A stretch of DNA of 64,000 nucleotides from Candidatus Velthaea sp. (GTDB taxonomy: Bacteria; Vulcanimicrobiota; Vulcanimicrobiia; Vulcanimicrobiales; Vulcanimicrobiaceae), in assembly GCA_965214935.1 (NCBI GenBank), contig CBDCCS010000011.1, positions 160,001-224,000 on the forward strand, written 5' to 3'. A program made the translations under genes and the position numbers. This document shows positions 49,422-59,427 of the stretch, in pieces. A model generated the notes under the pieces. It saw nothing but the letters and a program-made list of their open reading frames with translations. It did not search any database and was not told where the DNA came from. Every line of letters begins with the position of its first letter. Position 1 is the first letter of the stretch.

Positions 49422-50428
49422 TGGCGACGAGCAAAGTCGACGAACTCATCGCCGCCGCGCTGGCGGCTGCCGACGTTGAAACGACGACGCCGATCGAACG
49501 TGCGGAGATGCTCGTCGAGATCGCCATGGGCTTGCACCACCGGCCGAAGTCGGCCGATCAGTTGTATGCCGCCGTCGAACTATACGAACGTGCTATTGGG
49601 TTGTGTTCGCCCGATGACTACGTGCTGATCGCGCGCATTCGGGCACGCATGGGAACCGCGTTGCAGGCGATCCCCGGCGAAAGTACCGACGAACTGGTGC
49701 GCGCGCGCCAAGCCTACGATGCGGCGCGCAAGGTGCTCGCTGTCGCCGGCACGCCCGAAGAGCTCGCCGAGGTCGACCTCAATATCGGGTTGGTCGTGCA
49801 GGCGCTGGCGTCGGCGGGCCGAGCGCTCATCACCGATGCGATAGCGGCCTATCAGCGCGCGCTGCTGACCTTCGACCGCGCGGCGTTTCCGCAAGAATAT
49901 GCAATCTTGCAAAATAACCTTGCGACCGCGTTTCTCTCGATTCCCTTTAGCGACGAGCGGTCGAAAATGCGCGAAGCACTCGCGGTTCAATCGTTCGAGG
50001 AAGGCTTGCGCGTCGTCAATCTCATCGACCATCCGGCCGAATATGCGATGCTGCAAAATAATTTAGGGAATGCGCTGCAATACACGAATTCGAGTCATCC
50101 GGTCGCGAATAGTTTGCGCGCGCTTGACGCTTATGAAGAGGCGCTCAAGGTTCGCACGCGCGAAACGACGCCGCTCGAATACGCCAATACGGTTGCAAAT
50201 AAAGCGAACTGTCTGTCGAATTTGCCCGACGATCCGGAGCGCCCCGAGCAGGGCAATCGCGCGAACCTCGCTGCGGCACTTGCACTTTACCGCGAAGCGC
50301 GCACGATCTTCGCAAATTTCGGCGAGGGCGAAAAAGCGCTGCTCGTGACGGAAGCAATCGACGGCATCGAAACGGAGTTAGGCTCGGTTTTCGAGGCGTC
50401 GAGTCTCTTCGGCACCCATCGATCGTAA
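49421..50428 (+). CDS. TPR-like helical repeat protein (hydrogenase accessory)
   Basis: Repeated YAxLQNNL(A/G)xA units; operon-coupled. Confidence 0.85.
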   Translation: MATSKVDELIAAALAAADVETTTPIERAEMLVEIAMGLHHRPKSADQLYAAVELYERAIGLCSPDDYVLIARIRARMGTALQAIPGESTDELVRARQAYDAARKVLAVAGTPEELAEVDLNIGLVVQALASAGRALITDAIAAYQRALLTFDRAAFPQEYAILQNNLATAFLSIPFSDERSKMREALAVQSFEEGLRVVNLIDHPAEYAMLQNNLGNALQYTNSSHPVANSLRALDAYEEALKVRTRETTPLEYANTVANKANCLSNLPDDPERPEQGNRANLAAALALYREARTIFANFGEGEKALLVTEAIDGIETELGSVFEASSLFGTHRS

Positions 50429-50438
50429 GGAGAAGGCC

Positions 50439-50648
50439 ATGCAGATCACGCCGCTCGGCATCGTCGCCACCGTTCTTCTCGCTACCGCTGCGTCGGCCGC
50501 CGCCGGCTATGTCGCGGGCATCAATCTCGGCGGCAAAGATCTCGGTAACAGTTTGGCCGGTTTTCTGGGCACGCTGTACGGTCCGATCGCCGGCGCAACC
50601 GGCGTGATCATCGGCGTTTGCGTGCTAGCCGTCGCGGCTCGTTCGTAA
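50439..50648 (+). CDS. small two-TM membrane protein
   Basis: AAGGAG SD; two hydrophobic, Gly-rich helices. Confidence 0.7.
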   Translation: MQITPLGIVATVLLATAASAAAGYVAGINLGGKDLGNSLAGFLGTLYGPIAGATGVIIGVCVLAVAARS

Positions 50649-50690
50649 CTCTGCTCGCACGTTTCCTCGACCGACGAAGGACCAACGATC

Positions 50691-50915
50691 ATGTGGGATT
50701 TGACCCGCGATACGGTATCACTGGTTTTACGCAATCGGCTTTTTGCCGATCCGGGCGTTGCGTACCGTCAAGCCGGCATCGGCGCGCTCGGCACGGCGCT
50801 GTTGTTCATCGTGCTGGTAAATTTGCAGCTGCCGTTGTGGCTTGCCGGTACGGTCGCCGGCTTAGCCGGCGGGTATGCGATGCCGTATTTGTTCAAACAT
50901 ATTAAATTTACGTAG
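50691..50915 (+). CDS. small two-TM membrane protein
   Basis: GAAGGA SD; hydrophobic helices ending GGYAMPYLFKHIKF; directly abuts the next gene. Confidence 0.7.
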   Translation: MWDLTRDTVSLVLRNRLFADPGVAYRQAGIGALGTALLFIVLVNLQLPLWLAGTVAGLAGGYAMPYLFKHIKFT

Positions 50916-51830
50916 GTGACGCAGACCGTGGTGCCGCGTGATGTCGTTGCGGCTTCGCCGGGCCCCGCCGCGCGTGCCGGCGCACGGCCGGATCTCGACA
51001 GCTTGCTCGCTGCTATCGATCGGATGGAAGCGATCGTGGCAGCGTGGGATCCGCTGCAACGCGCGACGGCGCACGCCTATCGCGAGGCGATCGACGATCT
51101 CAACGCTCAAGCTTTACGGCGCTTGATCGCGACGTTGCGCGAGGATCCCGCTGCGTTGCAAGCGCTCAAAGCTGCGCTGACCGACGACGTCGTGTACGCG
51201 GTGCTGCGTCATCACGAACTCGTCAAACCAAGTTTGCAAGAACGTGTCGAGGCGGCGCTTGCAACGGTGCGCCCGATGCTCGCATCTCACGGCGGCGACG
51301 TTCAACTCGTTCGCGTTGTGCCGCCTGCCTCGATCGAAGTGCGCTTCGTCGGCGCGTGCGAGTCATGCCCGGCGTCGGCCACGACCTTTACGCTCGGGGT
51401 CAAAAAAGCGCTCGAAGACAGCTGTCCCGAGATCGTCGAGATCCGGCAAGTCAAAGGCTTGAGCGCGGAACCCGTCGGCGGCGGCGTGCGCTTTATCAGT
51501 CCGTTCGCGGCTGATTCGGACAGCGGCTGGCTGCCGGCGGGTACGCTTGCGGAGATTCCGCTCGATGACGTTCGCTACATGCGCGTCGGCGGTGAACCGG
51601 TGATTCTCGCACGCACCGTCGACGGCGTTTCGTGCTTGCAAAACGCGTGCGCGCATCTCGGTATGCGGCTCGACGGCGGCGACGTGAAAGACGGAACGAT
51701 CGCCTGTCCGTATCACGGCTTCGTTTACGATCTGGCTTCGGGCGAATGTTTGACGGCGCGCGGCGTGCAGTTGCGCGTTCACGCCGTGCGCGTTACCGGT
51801 GACGACGTCCACGTACGTTTGTCGGCGTAA
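50916..51830 (+). CDS. NifU-like plus Rieske [2Fe-2S] fusion protein (HucE-like)
   Basis: VRPMLASHGGDV..GACESC (NifU-C); NACAHLG..CPYHG (Rieske). Confidence 0.88.
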   Translation: MTQTVVPRDVVAASPGPAARAGARPDLDSLLAAIDRMEAIVAAWDPLQRATAHAYREAIDDLNAQALRRLIATLREDPAALQALKAALTDDVVYAVLRHHELVKPSLQERVEAALATVRPMLASHGGDVQLVRVVPPASIEVRFVGACESCPASATTFTLGVKKALEDSCPEIVEIRQVKGLSAEPVGGGVRFISPFAADSDSGWLPAGTLAEIPLDDVRYMRVGGEPVILARTVDGVSCLQNACAHLGMRLDGGDVKDGTIACPYHGFVYDLASGECLTARGVQLRVHAVRVTGDDVHVRLSA

Positions 51831-51839
51831 GGTAGGCGC

Positions 51840-53033
51840 ATGCGCGTTTCACTCGCCCAGCCGCGCGACCCCCGAGCGCTCTTGCCCGAAGGGCCGGCAG
51901 GTGCGTGCGCATTTCTCGAGACGCGCGGTCCGCGCGTCGTGCTGGGCGGATTGAGTGCCGGGCCGGCGGTTGTTGCGCCGGTCGTGCCGAGCGCGCAGAC
52001 GCTGTTCGCACCGCGCGGCGCGGCGCTCGCAACGTCCGGCGGTCCGCTCATCGTCGCCGATACCGGCCATCACCGCGTGCTCGTGTGGCAGCGCGTGCCC
52101 GAGCGTGACGCCACGCCGGCGGATCTGGTCATCGGTCAGCCGTCGTTCGCCCACGAAGGCCGCAATGCGTGCGGACCGGTTACTGGCGCGACCTTCAACG
52201 TGCCGGCCGGCGTTGCAACGCACGCCGGAATGCTCGCTATCGCCGATTCGTGGAATCATCGCGTGCTGCTCTGGCGCACGCTGCCGACGGCCGCGAATCA
52301 GCCCGCCGATCTCGTGCTCGGACAACCGCAGTTCAGCGGCGGGACGGCAAACGCGGGCCGCACGGTCGATGCAACCACGATGTATTGGTGTTCGGGCGTC
52401 GCCTTTAGCGAGCGCGGGTTGGTCGTTGCCGATACCGGTAACCGGCGCGTGCTCGTCTGGGACACCATGCCCGCGCAGAACGGCGCGCCCGCGGATCGCG
52501 TGCTCGGTCAAGCAACCTTTGAGAACCGCGATGAAAATGCCGGCCGGTCGTGCGCTGCGGGCGGGATGCGCTGGCCGCACGATGTGGTGCTGGCCGCGGG
52601 CCGGCTCATCGTCGCCGACGCCGGTGACAACCGGCTAATGATTTGGAATCGGCTGCCCGTAGAGAACGGCGTACCGTGTGATTTCGTCGTGGGTCAAGCC
52701 GACGTGAACGCAAGCGATCATAACGGCGGCACGTATTGGCCGACCGCGGCGCGCTTGAATATGCCGTACGGCGTCACCGTCTGCGGCGCGCAACTCATCG
52801 TTGCAGATTCGGCCAATTCGCGCTTACTGTCGTACGCCGTCGACAGGCTTCGGCCGGGGACAGCTGCGGCCGGGCTGGCCGGGCAGCCCGGGTTCTTCGA
52901 TAAGGGCGACAACCGCTGGGGCGCGCCCGTGCGTGATTCGCTTTGCTGGCCGTACGGTGTATCGGCGTGCGGCAATGTTGTCGTCGTTGCAGATTCCGGC
53001 AATAGCCGCGTACTGCTGTGGGATTGCGCATGA
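51840..53033 (+). CDS. NHL-repeat beta-propeller protein
   Basis: Six ADxx(N/H)xRxL repeats with (V/L)GQ spacers. Confidence 0.9.
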   Translation: MRVSLAQPRDPRALLPEGPAGACAFLETRGPRVVLGGLSAGPAVVAPVVPSAQTLFAPRGAALATSGGPLIVADTGHHRVLVWQRVPERDATPADLVIGQPSFAHEGRNACGPVTGATFNVPAGVATHAGMLAIADSWNHRVLLWRTLPTAANQPADLVLGQPQFSGGTANAGRTVDATTMYWCSGVAFSERGLVVADTGNRRVLVWDTMPAQNGAPADRVLGQATFENRDENAGRSCAAGGMRWPHDVVLAAGRLIVADAGDNRLMIWNRLPVENGVPCDFVVGQADVNASDHNGGTYWPTAARLNMPYGVTVCGAQLIVADSANSRLLSYAVDRLRPGTAAAGLAGQPGFFDKGDNRWGAPVRDSLCWPYGVSACGNVVVVADSGNSRVLLWDCA

Positions 53034-55429
53034 TCGAGCCGGCGGTCGCGTTGGAGATTCGCGTGCGCGGGACCGTGCAAGGCGTCGGCTTTCGACCGAC
53101 GGTGTGGCGGATCGCTCAGGAGTGCGGCATCACCGGCAGCGTTGCCAACGATCCTGCCGGGGTGATTATTGCCGCTGCCGGGTCGACGGACGCACTTGAG
53201 ACGTTCATTGCACGCATACGCAGCGACGCGCCGCCGCTCGCGCGCATTGCGACAATCGACGTCGCTCGGACTTCGGTCCCAGTCGCGGGCGCAGGCTTTC
53301 GCATCGCGGACAGCACGCCCGGACCGGCGCATACGAACGTTGCGCCGGACGCTGCAACGTGCGCCGACTGTCGGGCCGAAGTGTTCGATCCGTTTACGCG
53401 CCGGTATCGCTATCCGTTTGCAAACTGCACTCACTGTGGTCCGCGGCTGTCGATCGTCACCGGCGTACCGTACGATCGCGCGAATACAACCATGGCGCCA
53501 TTCGTATTGTGCGCGGAGTGCGCAGCGGAGTACAACGATCCGGCCGATCGACGCTTTCATGCGCAACCGATTGCCTGTCATCGCTGCGGCCCGCGTGCTC
53601 GGCTCGAGCGGATGGATGGGCGCGCGGTCAGTTTCGACCAGCATTCGATGCTTGATGACGTCGATGCGGTGCGCAGTCTCTTGCAAAAAGGTTCGATCGT
53701 CGCAATCAAAGGTCTGGGCGGCTTTCACCTTGCGTGCGATGCGACGAACGCAACCGCCGTCGAGCTTTTACGCGCACGTAAGTTGCGCGAACGCAAGCCG
53801 TTTGCACTCATGGCGCAAGACGTTGCGATGATTCGCCGCTTCGCAACCGTTAGCGCCGATGAAGAAGCGCTGCTGCTCTGTGCGCAAGCACCGATCGTGC
53901 TGCTCGCCGCCGGTGGCCTCGAACGCTTACCGGACGCCGTTGCTCCGGGTGTCGCAACGTTGGGATTCATGCTGCCGGCAACGCCGTTGCACGCGTTGAT
54001 TGTACGCCGGTTGCGCGGGCCGGTGGTCATGACGAGCGGCAATCTCAGCGACGAGCCGCAGATCATCGACGATGCGCAAGCGCGCGGCCGGCTCGCGCGG
54101 ATCGCCGACTACGGTTTATTTTCGAACCGCGCGATTGCCGTCCGTATCGATGATTCCGTCGTGCGGGTCATGGCCGGCGAAACGCGCTTACTGCGCCGCG
54201 CCCGCGGCTATGCGCCGGCACCGCTCGCGTTACCACCAGGCTTCGAGGGGGCACCCGAACTGCTCGCGTTCGGCGCTGAAATGAAAGCAACGTTTTGTCT
54301 CATCAAAGACGGACAAGCAATCGTGTCGCAGCATCAAGGCGACCTTGAAGATGTCTCGACGTCGGATGATTACGAGCGCAACCTTGCGCTCTACGCACGC
54401 ACGTTCGATCACCATCCGGTCGCGCTGGCCGTCGACATGCATCCCGACTATTTGTCGGCGAAACGGGGTCGCGCGCGTGCCGTTGCAGAGCATCTACCGC
54501 TCGTCGAAGTGCAGCACCATCACGCACATATCGCCAGCGCGCTGCTTGAAAACGGCCGTCCGCTCGACGCTCCGCCGGTCATCGGTATCGCGCTCGACGG
54601 CCTGGGTTACGGCGACGACGGCGGCTTGTGGGGCGGCGAGTTTCTGCTCGCCGACTATCGCACGTATCGGCGCTTGGGCACGCTGCGTCCCGTAGCGCTG
54701 CTGGGCGGAGCGCAAGCCATGCGCGAGCCATGGCGTAACACGTATGCGCATCTCATGGCGCAGATGGGATGGCCGGAGTTCGCAATGAATTTCCGCGAGC
54801 TCGAAATGTTTGCGTATCTCGACGCAAAACCGCGTTCGACGCTCGATGCAATGCTCGCGCGCAAGCTCAATTGCCCACCGGCGAGTTCGACCGGCCGGCT
54901 CTTCGACGCCGTCGCGGCGGCACTGGGTTTGGTGCGCGAACGGGTCGCCTACGAGGGCGAAGCGGCGCTGCTGCTCGAGTCGATCGTCGACCGCGACGCG
55001 TTGGCGAACGAGAGCGACGAACTTGAATATCCCTTCGGGATTCCGTTGCTCGCCGGCGGCGGCTTGCCGTATATCGAACCGCTTGCAATGTGGCGTGCGT
55101 TACTGGGCGACCTCATCCGCCGAACGCCGCCGGGCGTAATCGCGGCGCGTTTTCACCGCGGTTTCGCGCAGGCGATCGTCGCGATGGTACACAGCGTAAC
55201 GCGCGGTGAGAACGCCGCGGCGCCGGCGGTCGATACCGCGGTTCTATCGGGCGGGTGTTTTCAGAATGCGATACTTCTCGAAGAAGTGAGCCGGCGCTTG
55301 AGAGCGAGCGGATTTCACGTGCTCATGCAAGCGCGCGTGCCCAGCAACGACGGCGGGATCGCGCTTGGACAGGCCGCGATCGGCGCGGCGACAGTACTCG
55401 GCAGAAGCGAAGGTGTCATATGTGTTTAG
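53030..55429 (+). CDS. hypF: carbamoyltransferase HypF
   Basis: VRGTVQGVGFRP, CTHCGPR, RRFHAQP, IKGLGGFHL, VQHHHAH and NDGGIALGQ motifs. Confidence 0.98.
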   Translation: MIEPAVALEIRVRGTVQGVGFRPTVWRIAQECGITGSVANDPAGVIIAAAGSTDALETFIARIRSDAPPLARIATIDVARTSVPVAGAGFRIADSTPGPAHTNVAPDAATCADCRAEVFDPFTRRYRYPFANCTHCGPRLSIVTGVPYDRANTTMAPFVLCAECAAEYNDPADRRFHAQPIACHRCGPRARLERMDGRAVSFDQHSMLDDVDAVRSLLQKGSIVAIKGLGGFHLACDATNATAVELLRARKLRERKPFALMAQDVAMIRRFATVSADEEALLLCAQAPIVLLAAGGLERLPDAVAPGVATLGFMLPATPLHALIVRRLRGPVVMTSGNLSDEPQIIDDAQARGRLARIADYGLFSNRAIAVRIDDSVVRVMAGETRLLRRARGYAPAPLALPPGFEGAPELLAFGAEMKATFCLIKDGQAIVSQHQGDLEDVSTSDDYERNLALYARTFDHHPVALAVDMHPDYLSAKRGRARAVAEHLPLVEVQHHHAHIASALLENGRPLDAPPVIGIALDGLGYGDDGGLWGGEFLLADYRTYRRLGTLRPVALLGGAQAMREPWRNTYAHLMAQMGWPEFAMNFRELEMFAYLDAKPRSTLDAMLARKLNCPPASSTGRLFDAVAAALGLVRERVAYEGEAALLLESIVDRDALANESDELEYPFGIPLLAGGGLPYIEPLAMWRALLGDLIRRTPPGVIAARFHRGFAQAIVAMVHSVTRGENAAAPAVDTAVLSGGCFQNAILLEEVSRRLRASGFHVLMQARVPSNDGGIALGQAAIGAATVLGRSEGVICV

Positions 55430-55701
55430 GTATTCCGGGGCGCATCGTTGCGCTCGATCCGCAGCAGCCGAGTCTCGCGACCGTCGACGTCAGCGGTGTA
55501 CGCCGCAACGTAAACATCGCATGCATCGTGAACGAAGCGCAAACGCGCGAATCGTGTCTGGGCGCTTGGGTCCTCGTTCATGTGGGCTTCGCGATGAGCC
55601 GGATCGACGAAGCCGAAGCCGCGCAAACGTTAAAAATCCTCACCGAACTCGGCGAAGCGCAAGCCGAGATTGCCGCGATGCGCGCGAGCGGTGCGGCATG
55701 A
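55420..55701 (+). CDS. hypC: hydrogenase chaperone HypC
   Basis: MCLGIPG and WVLVHVGFA motifs. Confidence 0.98.
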   Translation: MCLGIPGRIVALDPQQPSLATVDVSGVRRNVNIACIVNEAQTRESCLGAWVLVHVGFAMSRIDEAEAAQTLKILTELGEAQAEIAAMRASGAA

Positions 55702-56828
55702 AGTACGTCGACGAGTTTCGCGACGGTGCCAAAGCCGCATATCTGATCGACGCCATCAAGGCGCTGGTGCCGCGGCTCCCGGTCGTTGCCGGCCGCCGGT
55801 TGCAAATCATGGAAGTTTGCGGCGGACACACCCATGCGATTTTCCGTTACGGTATCGAACAGATGTTGCCGCCCGAGATCGAACTCGTGCACGGCCCGGG
55901 CTGTCCGGTCTGCGTGTTGCCGATGGGCCGCGTCGATGATTGCGTTGCGCTCGCCGAAGCGCCGAACGTAATTTTTACAACGTTTGGTGACGCGATGCGC
56001 GTGCCCGGCTCAAAGAAGAGTTTGTTGCAAGCCAAAGGCGACGGCGCCGACGTGCGGATGGTGTACTCACCGCTCGATGCGCTTGCAATCGCACGCAAGA
56101 ATCCCAGCAAAGACGTAATCTTTTTCGCGCTGGGCTTCGAGACCACGATTCCATCGACCGCGCTGACCGTGTTGCAAGCGCAAGCCGACGGTATGACGAA
56201 CTTTTCTCTGTTTTGCAATCACATTACGATCATCCCGACCATGCGCGCGATTCTTGAATCCGGCGATCTTCAACTTGACGGTTTCATCGGTCCGGGGCAT
56301 GTCAGCATGGTCATCGGCACGCACCCCTACGACTTCATCGCCGCCGAGTTCGGGAAGCCGATCGTCGTCGCCGGTTTCGAGCCGCTCGACGTCTTGCACT
56401 CGATTTGGATGGTCGTCGAACAACTCGCCGACGGTCGCGCGGAGGTTGAGAATCAGTACGCGCGCGTCGTGCCGTCGGCCGGTAACGCACAAGCGATCGC
56501 CGCCGTCGAGCGCGTCTTCGAGTTGCGTGACTTCTTCGAGTGGCGCGGGTTAGGCTCGATCGGTCATTCGGGTGTAAAAATGCGCGACGCGTTCGCGGCC
56601 TTCGATGCCGAGCGACGCTTCCCGGTGCCGGGTTTGCGCGTACTCGATCCGGCGCAGTGTCAGTGCGGCGAGGTGCTCAAAGGCGTGCTCAAACCGTGGG
56701 AGTGCCGCATCTTCGGCACCGCTTGCACGCCGACCACGCCGCTCGGCGCACTCATGGTTTCGTCGGAAGGCGCGTGCGCGGCGTACTATCAATACGGCGG
56801 CGTGCGAGAACGCGTCGGCAGCGCATGA
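55698..56828 (+). CDS. hypD: hydrogenase maturation protein HypD
   Basis: MEVCGGHTH, HGPGCPVC, GFETT, PGHVS and MVSSEGACAAYY motifs. Confidence 0.98.
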   Translation: MKYVDEFRDGAKAAYLIDAIKALVPRLPVVAGRRLQIMEVCGGHTHAIFRYGIEQMLPPEIELVHGPGCPVCVLPMGRVDDCVALAEAPNVIFTTFGDAMRVPGSKKSLLQAKGDGADVRMVYSPLDALAIARKNPSKDVIFFALGFETTIPSTALTVLQAQADGMTNFSLFCNHITIIPTMRAILESGDLQLDGFIGPGHVSMVIGTHPYDFIAAEFGKPIVVAGFEPLDVLHSIWMVVEQLADGRAEVENQYARVVPSAGNAQAIAAVERVFELRDFFEWRGLGSIGHSGVKMRDAFAAFDAERRFPVPGLRVLDPAQCQCGEVLKGVLKPWECRIFGTACTPTTPLGALMVSSEGACAAYYQYGGVRERVGSA

Positions 56829-57898
56829 ACGGCACGCTCGTGCCTCACCGCGCGCGTCCATTGGCAACCGTTGCCGTGCCGACCGTAACGCTCGCCCACG
56901 GTGGCGGCGGCAAAGCGATGCGCGATCTCATCGACGACGTGTTCGTGCGCGTCTTTGCGAACGACGCGCTGCGCACGCTCGACGATCAAGCGCGCTTTGA
57001 CCTGTCGGCGTTGACCGCGCTGGGCGACCGGCTGGCGTTCACGACCGATTCCTATGTCGTCGATCCGCTGATTTTCCCCGGCGGCGATATCGGCACGCTA
57101 GCCGTCTGCGGCACGGTCAACGATTTAGCCGTCGGCGGTGCAATCCCACTGTACCTCACCTGCAGTGCGATCATCGAAGAGGGTTTGGCGGTCGACACGC
57201 TGCGCGACATCGCACGTTCGATGGCGCGAGCGGCGCGGGCGGCAAACGTGCAAATCGTCACCGGCGATACCAAAGTGGTCGAACGCGGGGCATGCGACAA
57301 GCTGTTTCTCAATACGGCCGGAATCGGTGTGATTCGGACGGGCATCAAGCTCGATGCCGCTGCCGCGCGGCCCGGCGACGTGGTGCTCGTCAACGGTTAT
57401 CTCGGCGATCACGGCGCAACGATCATGGCGGCGCGCGGCGATCTTGCGATCGATACGCCGCTGCAAAGCGATTGCGCACCGCTCGCCGAGTTGATCGATG
57501 CATTGTTGCTCGCAGCACCGGGCACGCGCTTCATTCGTGACGCGACGCGCGGCGGAATCGCCAGCGTGCTCAACGAGATTGCCGTCGCCTCGAATGTTGC
57601 AATTGCTATCGATGAAGCAAATACACCGCTGCGCGACGCAGTGCGCGGCTTTTGCGAGATTCTCGGTCTCGATCCGCTCTATCTGGCGAACGAAGGAAAG
57701 ATCGTTGCGATCGTTCCGCAACCCGAAGCTGATGCGGCGCTTGCCGCACTGCGCGCGCATCCGTACGGGGCCGACGCCTGCGCGATCGGACAGATCGCCG
57801 TTAACGGCGTGCGCGGTCGCGTGATCATGAAGACAATGTTCGGCGGCAGCCGCATCGTCGATATGCTCGTGGGCGAGCAACTGCCGCGAATCTGCTGA
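56825..57898 (+). CDS. hypE: hydrogenase maturation protein HypE
   Basis: LAHGGGG, FTTDSYVV, GTVNDLA, RDATRGG and C-terminal LPRIC. Confidence 0.98.
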   Translation: MNGTLVPHRARPLATVAVPTVTLAHGGGGKAMRDLIDDVFVRVFANDALRTLDDQARFDLSALTALGDRLAFTTDSYVVDPLIFPGGDIGTLAVCGTVNDLAVGGAIPLYLTCSAIIEEGLAVDTLRDIARSMARAARAANVQIVTGDTKVVERGACDKLFLNTAGIGVIRTGIKLDAAAARPGDVVLVNGYLGDHGATIMAARGDLAIDTPLQSDCAPLAELIDALLLAAPGTRFIRDATRGGIASVLNEIAVASNVAIAIDEANTPLRDAVRGFCEILGLDPLYLANEGKIVAIVPQPEADAALAALRAHPYGADACAIGQIAVNGVRGRVIMKTMFGGSRIVDMLVGEQLPRIC

Positions 57899-57908
57899 GG
57901 ACGCTGCC

Positions 57909-58244
57909 GTGCACGAACTGAGCATCACGCAAAACATCGTCGCGCTCGTGAGCGAACGCAGCGGCAACCGGCGCGTGAAGCGGATCACGCTCGAAATCGG
58001 TGCCAATGCCGCGATCGTTCCGGCGTCGATCGAATTCTGCTTTCGCATCGTTGCTGCCGGCACGCCGTGTGATGGCGCCCGGCTCGAAATCCGCACTGTT
58101 GAAGGACGCGCACGCTGCCGCAGTTGTACGAGCGAATTCGCGCTGTTGCGCTTGGGTTCGGCTTGTAACTGCGGTTCGTACGATCTCGAACGTTTGCAAG
58201 GCGGAGAACTCAACATCAAAGAGATGGAAATCGAGGCGGCTTAA
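57909..58244 (+). CDS. hypA: nickel metallochaperone HypA
   Basis: MHELSI; CRSC...CNCGS. Confidence 0.96.
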   Translation: MHELSITQNIVALVSERSGNRRVKRITLEIGANAAIVPASIEFCFRIVAAGTPCDGARLEIRTVEGRARCRSCTSEFALLRLGSACNCGSYDLERLQGGELNIKEMEIEAA

Positions 58245-58246
58245 CG

Positions 58247-59143
58247 ATGTGCACGACTTGCGGCTGTTCCGACGGCTCCACCGTTACGCTTGTCGACATG
58301 ACGACGGGTACCGCCCTGCATCATCACGGCGACGGTGTGCTGCACAACCACGCCGCCGATGATGAAGCGCGCGCTCGGACGCATCACGACTCGCATCGCG
58401 ACGCATCGCAAACGTTGGTGCGCGACGCCGACTGGCAGAACCGGCAACGTGTCGAGCCGTCTCCGTCCGATGCGACGGACGGTCATGGTTCGATCGTCAG
58501 TCTCGAAGTTGCGGTGTTGGCAAAGAATGAAGCGCTTGCCGAACGCAATCGCGCTTGGTTCGCGACGCGCGAAATCATCGCACTCAATCTCGTTAGCTCA
58601 CCCGGCTCGGGTAAGACGACACTTCTGGAACGTACTATCCGTGACTGCGGCACCGAACTCGGCATAACGGTCATCGAAGGCGATCAAGCAACGGCGCGTG
58701 ACGGCGAGCGCGTGCGCGCAGCGGGCGCGCGCGCCGTTCAAGTAAACACCGGAACGGGCTGTCATCTCGAAGCACGGATGATCGCCGACGCGCTCGGCGT
58801 TCTACAGCCTCAACCGGGTTCGGTTCTCATCGTTGAAAATGTCGGCAATCTGGTGTGCCCGGCACTTTTCGATCTCGGTGAGCGCGCGAAGGTCGCGATC
58901 ATCTCCGTTACCGAGGGCGACGACAAACCGGAAAAATATCCGCACATGTTTGCCGCATCCGAACTGCTGATCGTCAACAAGATCGATCTCTTGCCGTACG
59001 TTGATTTCTCAGTTGACCGCTGTACCGCTGCGGCGCGCGCTCTTCGACCGGACGTGACGGTTATCGAACTGTCGGCGCGCACCGGTGAAGGGATGAACAG
59101 CTGGTACGATTGGATTCGCGCCCAGCGGCTCGCACGGGTGTGA
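58247..59143 (+). CDS. hypB: nickel insertion GTPase HypB
   Basis: MCTTCGC, His-rich N-terminus, SSPGSGKTT, GCHL, ENVGNLVCPA and NKID motifs. Confidence 0.98.
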   Translation: MCTTCGCSDGSTVTLVDMTTGTALHHHGDGVLHNHAADDEARARTHHDSHRDASQTLVRDADWQNRQRVEPSPSDATDGHGSIVSLEVAVLAKNEALAERNRAWFATREIIALNLVSSPGSGKTTLLERTIRDCGTELGITVIEGDQATARDGERVRAAGARAVQVNTGTGCHLEARMIADALGVLQPQPGSVLIVENVGNLVCPALFDLGERAKVAIISVTEGDDKPEKYPHMFAASELLIVNKIDLLPYVDFSVDRCTAAARALRPDVTVIELSARTGEGMNSWYDWIRAQRLARV

Positions 59144-59421
59144 GCGATTCCGATTCGGCGGATAAGACCGGCCCGCCGGATCCGATCGACGCGCGCGCAA
59201 ACAGTGCAAACGACCCGAGCGCTGTTCTGCCGGAATTACGGCTGAACGTCAGCCTGCCGGGTTTTCGTGCGTATCGGGAGTTAGGTTACGGGGCGCTCGC
59301 GCGTCAACTCGGCATCCCGGATCGACAGCTGACGGGCCATTGGTGCAGCCGCTGCGAAGGCATTTGGTTCGGTTACTTACTCGAAGTCGAATGCCCGCAG
59401 TGCGGTAGTCGTACGGGCTAA
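59140..59421 (+). CDS. small CxxC...CxxC metal-binding protein ending the hyp operon
   Basis: GTGA overlap with the hypB stop; HWCSRCEGIWFGYLLEVECPQCG. Confidence 0.7.
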   Translation: MSDSDSADKTGPPDPIDARANSANDPSAVLPELRLNVSLPGFRAYRELGYGALARQLGIPDRQLTGHWCSRCEGIWFGYLLEVECPQCGSRTG

Positions 59422-59427
59422 GTGCAA

